Shown piece by piece: positions 15,528-20,927 of a stretch of DNA of 20,927 nt (positions within the stretch are counted from its first letter, which is position 1; each line of letters begins with the position of its first letter). Source of the DNA: an uncultured virus (IMG/VR IMGVR_UViG_3300042731_008559) (lineage: Duplodnaviria; Heunggongvirae; Uroviricota; Caudoviricetes). The stretch is from IMG/VR virus record IMGVR_UViG_3300042731_008559; one strand, 5' to 3'. A program made the position numbers and the translations under genes. The notes under the pieces were generated by a model, which was not told where the DNA came from, ran no database searches, and saw only the letters and a program-made list of their open reading frames with translations.

Positions 15528-18057
15528 GATCGTTGGAGTCAGAGAGAGCTGCTGCTGGCGCCCCATTTTCGACACATGGTTCGATGGGGGCTGCGTCATC
15601 CCCGAGCATTTTCGCGATGCGGCCAAGGCGCTCACAGAGCACGAGGGGAACTCCGACTACGAATGCACCAGCGACGACTGGTTCAAATACCTGCGCTTCT
15701 ATATCGACGGGCCGAACGACAACATGGCCAAGGACACCGAAGAGTTTATCGTCTGGTGTCAACACGTCGGCATCTTTACCGTCAGGGTCGAAGCTATGAA
15801 GCCGGCCGTCTTGGAGCTGAACAAAAAGCAACTCGACTCGATGATCTACGACCAGAATGTGCTTGTCGTCCTGCACCACTTCAGGGATCGCGCCAAGAAA
15901 AAATACTGTGGGATGGGGTTTCCGACGGCGAGAGACATCGCTAGAGAGTACGACTTTGACGCGGACTTCGTCTACTCGGTCATCGTCTGGATGAAGTGCG
16001 AAAGCACCTTCAAGCTGAACGGCCAAATTAGACCCGACGCTGTCGACAAGCTCATCAGTGACATCGTCAACCGCAATAGATTCCAGAAGCATGAGGAGGA
16101 GCCGATGCCTCAAACCGTACAAGAAGAGCTAACCAAGCTCCGCCAAGAACAGCTCAGTGCCTTGTGGTGGGTCGCCACCGAGACCAGCAGCGAAGAGACA
16201 CCGACCTACGCAAAGCCAATGACCCTGAGGCAGCTCCATAAGCGCCTGCTCCTTACCCGAGCGTTCAAGGGTTCTTCAGATCGAAAGCTCAACGCTTTTA
16301 TCAACTGGGCGTCGGCTTGCAATAACTTCATCTACAAGACGGATGACGAGCTGTACCACATCAACCTCATTTATATCGCACAACACTTCAAGGACAAGGC
16401 TCGCTGGTTCGTTCAGCCCTTCTTCCCAAATGCGCTCATAGGACTCCGATGGATCGCCGAGAAGAACAACTGCGACGAGTTCGACCGCGAGATCGAGTGG
16501 TATCACCTGCGCTGCGGTCCATACTTTTCGAACCTCGAACAAACGAAGGTCTTTTGTCTCTGGTGCCAGTGGGAAGGCATCCTGCGCCAGAAGACGCCGG
16601 GTGTCGTCGCCTTCGTCTATAACGAAGAGCAGCTCAACCGAGCGCTGGGCGAGTACATGGACGAGCAGAAGCTCAAAGAGGCGACAGAGTGGGATCCCAC
16701 CGCCTCTGGCGAGCGCTTCCCCGGCGAGGAGAAAGCTCTTCAGTGGATGGTCGACAACTACGGGGGGTCCTGGATGTTCATCTCGGGCATCACCCAGGGC
16801 ATCTTCGAGAAGAAGCGCGTACAGGTTCAGAGCGAAGAGCTTGAGTGGTTGCGCCAGTTCATGACCCGGCGACCTGCCGACCATCCAGAGGGCATGAAAA
16901 AGGGCATCGAGTACTTCGGCATCGACTACCAGGCGGCTGAGAACCGTCTCTATGAGATAGCGGAAACGAGGCAGAAGATGGGCTACAAGCATGAAGACTT
17001 CAAAGGTGAGAAGCGTGTCCTTCAGTACCTGCTCCGAGTACAGGGTAGCTGGCAGGGAGCGGACGCCGACGTGGCCATTCAAAAGGCCATCAAAGGAACG
17101 GCTGAGGCGAACGGAATCGACGTAGATCTTTTCAAGCAGTACAGCCTCGAATTCCCGTGGCTGAACGTCGGTACAGAGAAGACGCGTAAAGAGGACCACA
17201 TGGGTAACCTCACCCGGAAGAAAGTCAGCGTCGCGACGGTCGACAAAGATACAATCCGCGAACGTCTCGCTCTCCTCGGTTTTATCGACATCGACGCCGA
17301 AATGAAGCCCGAGGTGCAGCTCCGTGCTCTCATGATGACGCTGAAGCACGAGAGCGGAAGCAAGACCTGGGAAGACCTCATCAACTGCCCCTGGGACTGT
17401 CACATCCAAGCAGCAGGCGGCTACAAGTCCATGTGGCGCAAGATCGCCCAAGACATGAAGCAGCGGGGCATCATCAAGGTGGTCAGGGAAGCCGGCAAGA
17501 AGGGTGACCGGCACAAGGTGGACACTGCTCTGCTCAAGAATCGAATGGAAGAGCTGCAGCGGGTGATCGAGATGAAGGGCGGTCGGTGCTCAGAGGTTCT
17601 GGTTCTGAAGGACCAAGAGTGCGACGACTGCAACACCGTGTTCAACCCGAGCGATCCCGGCGTCGAGAGCCAAACATCAGGAGACGGCGACATCTGCCCA
17701 TCCTGCGAGCAGACTCGCATCGCGGTCGAGATCGCCGAGCACCGAACGTGGCTCGCGAGCACCTTCAAGACCTCGATGGGTTCTGGACCGCCGCCCGGGG
17801 AAGTCGCGGCCTCCATCATATACGGCCATGCGACCGCACTCGCTGGCTCCGAGCACATCGCGTGGCTCCAGGAACAGATCCGCAACGCGAAGAAGCTCAC
17901 TAACGAGCCGACGCGTTACATGCAGTGGATGAAGGCGTCTGAGCTGCTGAGTCGCGTCGAGTCGCGCGTCAAGGGCGTCAAGGTCACAGAAGACGGACTT
18001 CTCCTCTCGAACTACCAACAGGCACGGCTGCGTCTGGAAGAGATGACAGAGGAGTAG
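15520..18057 (+). CDS. Large protein with about 7 diverged ~80-100 aa repeats and a CxxC...CxxC zinc finger
   Basis: 845-aa ORF, GGAGG upstream; repeated AL.W / F..W...G / hydrophobic-[DN]...[IL]..[RA]L blocks; CDDC...CPSC near aa 700-730. Confidence 0.85.
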   Translation: MPKIVGVRESCCWRPIFDTWFDGGCVIPEHFRDAAKALTEHEGNSDYECTSDDWFKYLRFYIDGPNDNMAKDTEEFIVWCQHVGIFTVRVEAMKPAVLELNKKQLDSMIYDQNVLVVLHHFRDRAKKKYCGMGFPTARDIAREYDFDADFVYSVIVWMKCESTFKLNGQIRPDAVDKLISDIVNRNRFQKHEEEPMPQTVQEELTKLRQEQLSALWWVATETSSEETPTYAKPMTLRQLHKRLLLTRAFKGSSDRKLNAFINWASACNNFIYKTDDELYHINLIYIAQHFKDKARWFVQPFFPNALIGLRWIAEKNNCDEFDREIEWYHLRCGPYFSNLEQTKVFCLWCQWEGILRQKTPGVVAFVYNEEQLNRALGEYMDEQKLKEATEWDPTASGERFPGEEKALQWMVDNYGGSWMFISGITQGIFEKKRVQVQSEELEWLRQFMTRRPADHPEGMKKGIEYFGIDYQAAENRLYEIAETRQKMGYKHEDFKGEKRVLQYLLRVQGSWQGADADVAIQKAIKGTAEANGIDVDLFKQYSLEFPWLNVGTEKTRKEDHMGNLTRKKVSVATVDKDTIRERLALLGFIDIDAEMKPEVQLRALMMTLKHESGSKTWEDLINCPWDCHIQAAGGYKSMWRKIAQDMKQRGIIKVVREAGKKGDRHKVDTALLKNRMEELQRVIEMKGGRCSEVLVLKDQECDDCNTVFNPSDPGVESQTSGDGDICPSCEQTRIAVEIAEHRTWLASTFKTSMGSGPPPGEVAASIIYGHATALAGSEHIAWLQEQIRNAKKLTNEPTRYMQWMKASELLSRVESRVKGVKVTEDGLLLSNYQQARLRLEEMTEE

Positions 18058-18066
18058 GCCCGATCC

Positions 18067-18408
18067 ATGAAACGAAAAGCAATTGACTACAAAGACGAGC
18101 GTTGGGTCAACGAAGAGACCGTCGCGAAGATCTCACGAGCCTTTTGTCGCGAGGCGAGGATACATCTCATCGGGCTCATCATCACGATGGCCATCCTGCT
18201 CGTTATTCTCTGGGTCCAGGGACACCTGTGGATGCCTCTTGTCTTTGTCTTCTTCGGATACCTCATCGGCGGGCGATGGGTGAAATACAAGAGCAGCATC
18301 GCATCACGAAAATTCTTTCTGAAGACGATGCAGGAGGAGCGCGACAAGATCCGCCGCGAGAACATCGCCTACTACGAGGCGAACCGAAAGAAAAAGATCG
18401 TTCACTGA
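18067..18408 (+). CDS. Small membrane protein (2 TM)
   Basis: LIGLIITMAILLVILWV and LWMPLVFVFFGYLIGG; GAGGAG upstream. Confidence 0.78.
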   Translation: MKRKAIDYKDERWVNEETVAKISRAFCREARIHLIGLIITMAILLVILWVQGHLWMPLVFVFFGYLIGGRWVKYKSSIASRKFFLKTMQEERDKIRRENIAYYEANRKKKIVH

Positions 18409-18686
18409 TGGGACACAAGCCGCAGCTCCCTAATCCAAAGGAGCACTACGTAACGGTCGAGGGCGTTGAGGGCCGTCGCGGGCTCATCGTCACTGAGTTT
18501 TTCGATGGAAAGCGCACCGAACTTCACATGCAGTTCTCCCCATGGTCGCACCCTGGGAAGCGTCGGCGATTCAGCTACTTTCGATGCACCCACAAAGACG
18601 GAGCGAAGCTCTTTGTAGCAACTTTGCGTAAGCTCGCAGATCTCGTCGAAGGCTTCATCGATCGACTACCAGACGAGCCGAGCTAG
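18408..18686 (+). CDS. Hypothetical protein
   Basis: ATG 18408 (TGATG overlap); MGHKPQLPNPK... Confidence 0.68.
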   Translation: MGHKPQLPNPKEHYVTVEGVEGRRGLIVTEFFDGKRTELHMQFSPWSHPGKRRRFSYFRCTHKDGAKLFVATLRKLADLVEGFIDRLPDEPS

Positions 18687-18695
18687 GAGAAAAAC

Positions 18696-18890
18696 GTGAG
18701 ACAGTGGGTCTACGATGTACAGGACACGGCGATTGCTTGGCTCCCGGCAGGATTTCGCCTCTTTTTGGCCATCATCCTCGCTCTGGCCTCTTATCCGACG
18801 CCCGAACCGTACAATATGGTGATCCTCATCGCAGCGGTCGCCGCCCTGACACTCCGCAGTACAAAAACACAAAAATCAAAAGGAGACTGA
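18696..18890 (+). CDS. Small membrane protein
   Basis: AGGAG SD, GTG start; two hydrophobic segments. Confidence 0.65.
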   Translation: MRQWVYDVQDTAIAWLPAGFRLFLAIILALASYPTPEPYNMVILIAAVAALTLRSTKTQKSKGD

Positions 18891-18891
18891 C

Positions 18892-19173
18892 ATGCACCCC
18901 GTTACCTTCATCATCAAGACTTCCAAGGGTGAGACCGAAGAGAAGAAGTTTTCGATGCCCTTCATTCCGATGCCGATCGGAACCAAGGTCACCTTCACCA
19001 AGGACCCCAGGGTGTTCTATGTGGACTCGCTTGAGTGCGAGACCATCGACTACGGCACCACCGGGAGCGCTCCGTCGAAGGCATCTCAGCGCTTCATCGT
19101 CAACGTGAGCGAGGAGAGAGAGGTGCCTGTGGAGATGAGCTTCAACGGAGAAAGTCGTCCTGGGGACGAATAG
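18892..19173 (+). CDS. Hypothetical protein
   Basis: AAGGAG SD; 93 aa. Confidence 0.72.
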   Translation: MHPVTFIIKTSKGETEEKKFSMPFIPMPIGTKVTFTKDPRVFYVDSLECETIDYGTTGSAPSKASQRFIVNVSEEREVPVEMSFNGESRPGDE

Positions 19174-19190
19174 AAGGATCCAGGGGCAGA

Positions 19191-19679
19191 ATGATCACAC
19201 TGCTGAAAAAGACGGCGCAGTACGCCAAGTACATCGCCAAGCACAAATGGTTCGTCTTCGTCGAGTGCGCGAAGATGGGGCTCATTCGCCGAGGGCTTGT
19301 CCACGACGCCTCGAAGTTCCTGCCCGATGAGTGGATTCCATATCAAGACTTCTTCTACGGCAAGAAGAACGATGAGGGATACTTCCACCAGCCGGGTACC
19401 GAGGAGGCGTTCGACGAGGCATGGCTCCGTCACATCCACCGCAACCCTCACCACTGGCAGTATTGGTTGCTCCAGCAAGACGACGGGCCGGTTAAGACGC
19501 TCAAGATGCCCAGAGAGTTTCTTCTTGAGATGATCGCCGATTGGCGAGGCGCCGGCAAAGCCCAGGGCTTCGCTACGATCAATGCCTGGTACGCCAAGCA
19601 GCGTGAAAAGATTGTTTTGCACCCAGAATCGCGGCGCGAGCTGGAGCAGATCCTTCGCGACGCTGGAGAATTGGAATAA
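19191..19679 (+). CDS. DUF5662-like HD-superfamily putative metal-dependent phosphohydrolase
   Basis: ATG 19191; HK..V, HDASKF, HIHRNPHHWQYW and EMIADW motifs. Confidence 0.85.
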   Translation: MITLLKKTAQYAKYIAKHKWFVFVECAKMGLIRRGLVHDASKFLPDEWIPYQDFFYGKKNDEGYFHQPGTEEAFDEAWLRHIHRNPHHWQYWLLQQDDGPVKTLKMPREFLLEMIADWRGAGKAQGFATINAWYAKQREKIVLHPESRRELEQILRDAGELE

Positions 19680-20308
19680 TGACTTTCAGAACGTGGAAAG
19701 ACCTTCAGGTCGACGTCCCGGAAGGCACCGTCGGAAAATGGACGGTCGATAGGTGGACACCGGATCCGAACGACATCCACTTCCAGCTCCAGAACATGCG
19801 GGACCCCGCTCGTCAAATCCTGCCCGGCTACACCTACACTCGCCTGCTTCGGGGCGACAACCCCATCATGACCGACACGCCGGCTGAGCTTAACGACCTG
19901 TGGGCTATCCTGAAAAAGGTTCGAGATTCACAAGAGCCCTCGGTGCTCATCCATGGGCTCGGGCTCGGCTGCGTCCTGAACGGCTGCTTCATCTACGGAG
20001 CAAGCAACGTCACCGTTGTCGAGAAGGAAGAGGACGTCATCGCGCTCGTCGGCCAGCACTGGCAGGAGCGCTACGCAGACCGCTTGGAGATCATCCACGG
20101 CGATGCGTTTACCTGGAAGCCGCCCAAGGGCGCTCACTGGGACCTTGTCTACCACGACATCTGGGACGATCTGTGCACAGACAACCTGAAGGAGATGTCG
20201 AAGCTCCACAGGCGCTTTGGCCGGCGATGCGAAGAACAGCTCTCATGGTGCCGGGATCTCCTCGAATCCCAGCGGCGACGAAACCGAAGGCGACCGAGCT
20301 ATTTCTAG
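19679..20308 (+). CDS. Class I SAM-dependent methyltransferase (spermidine-synthase-like fold)
   Basis: VLIHGLGLG, VTVVE, IIHGDAF and WDLVYHDIW motifs; TAATG coupling to the previous gene. Confidence 0.88.
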   Translation: MTFRTWKDLQVDVPEGTVGKWTVDRWTPDPNDIHFQLQNMRDPARQILPGYTYTRLLRGDNPIMTDTPAELNDLWAILKKVRDSQEPSVLIHGLGLGCVLNGCFIYGASNVTVVEKEEDVIALVGQHWQERYADRLEIIHGDAFTWKPPKGAHWDLVYHDIWDDLCTDNLKEMSKLHRRFGRRCEEQLSWCRDLLESQRRRNRRRPSYF

Positions 20309-20317
20309 GAGGTCCAG

Positions 20318-20927
20318 ATGTTCACAGAGCGAAAGAACCACGAGCTAACCCTGCGCAGCTCACACGTCGTCGACGGCGCCCTCGGCGAGTACGGCCACAC
20401 CGAAATCACCCGCGCCGATAACGAGATGCGGATCGTTTGCGGCTCGGACGACAACCCGCACATGTTCGAGAACTTCAGCTCCGACCGCTACGCAATAGTC
20501 AACGGGCTGCGGATCATCATCAAGCTCTGGAACCCAGAGCAAATACTCACGCTCGTCCGCGGACTCACCGTCGCGCTCTATACCTCAAGGGAACCAAACC
20601 CTCTCCGGGCCACTTGGAAGAAAGCGAACCGGCAGATCTACTTCCCAGGAGGCATTATCCTCGACAAGCGCATGGGGCGGTGGGAGATCGGTGACCACGG
20701 AGAGCGAATCTGCAACCTGTGGACGATGGACCCTGCCGTTATCGACAACGAGACAAGAGTTTGGATCGTGATGACGCTCGACAACGCGGCGCTCGAAGTC
20801 TTCCATTCAATTGAGCGCGTTACAAGTCCCGTCAATCGGTTTGCATCTGTCGAGGTCAAACTGCTCGGTGATGTCATCGAGGAGAAACAGGTTTCGGAGC
20901 CCCGGTCTTTGCCCTCAGACCCCGCAG
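20318..20927 (+). CDS. Hypothetical protein (3'-truncated)
   Basis: AGGAGG SD, ATG 20318; frame MFTERKNHELTLRSSH... is open to the window end (absent from the ORF track because it has no stop). Confidence 0.78.
   Translation, partial: MFTERKNHELTLRSSHVVDGALGEYGHTEITRADNEMRIVCGSDDNPHMFENFSSDRYAIVNGLRIIIKLWNPEQILTLVRGLTVALYTSREPNPLRATWKKANRQIYFPGGIILDKRMGRWEIGDHGERICNLWTMDPAVIDNETRVWIVMTLDNAALEVFHSIERVTSPVNRFASVEVKLLGDVIEEKQVSEPRSLPSDPA

Noticed and set aside
1527..19816. Many long minus-strand ORFs (e.g. 1527-2303, 2744-3478, 4485-5243, 15409-16122, 16276-17514)
   Set aside because: Shadow ORFs expected from GC-rich codon bias opposite tightly tiled plus-strand genes; no recognisable motifs

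Overview
A gene-dense, GC-rich, almost entirely plus-strand block of about 37 mostly hypothetical genes, many with overlapping stop/start codons. It looks like part of a large bacteriophage or other large mobile element, but no capsid, terminase, integrase or housekeeping gene is in the window, so that is an inference. It has three parts. (1) 1-6124 is a tandem array of six genes sharing an ungapped acidic N-terminal leader of about 45 aa (C-x12-G-x7-D-x2-E-x3-L-x-E-[ML]-G-Y-x3/4-C) fused to largely different C-terminal cargo domains, with one small membrane-anchored gene inserted. This is the best candidate for an undescribed system. (2) 6072-6818 is an orphan beta-class N4C/N6A DNA methyltransferase, the only minus-strand gene, apparently leaderless. 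(3) 6909-20927 is a run of small accessory genes: zinc-finger proteins, membrane proteins, a Nudix hydrolase, a probable lipoprotein, an 845-aa protein with about 7 diverged repeats, a DUF5662-like HD protein and a SAM methyltransferase. This run is punctuated by three copies of a promoter/operator-like element, TGGACA-N6/7-GTAGCAYATGCTAC. Family names come from motif recall, not database searches.
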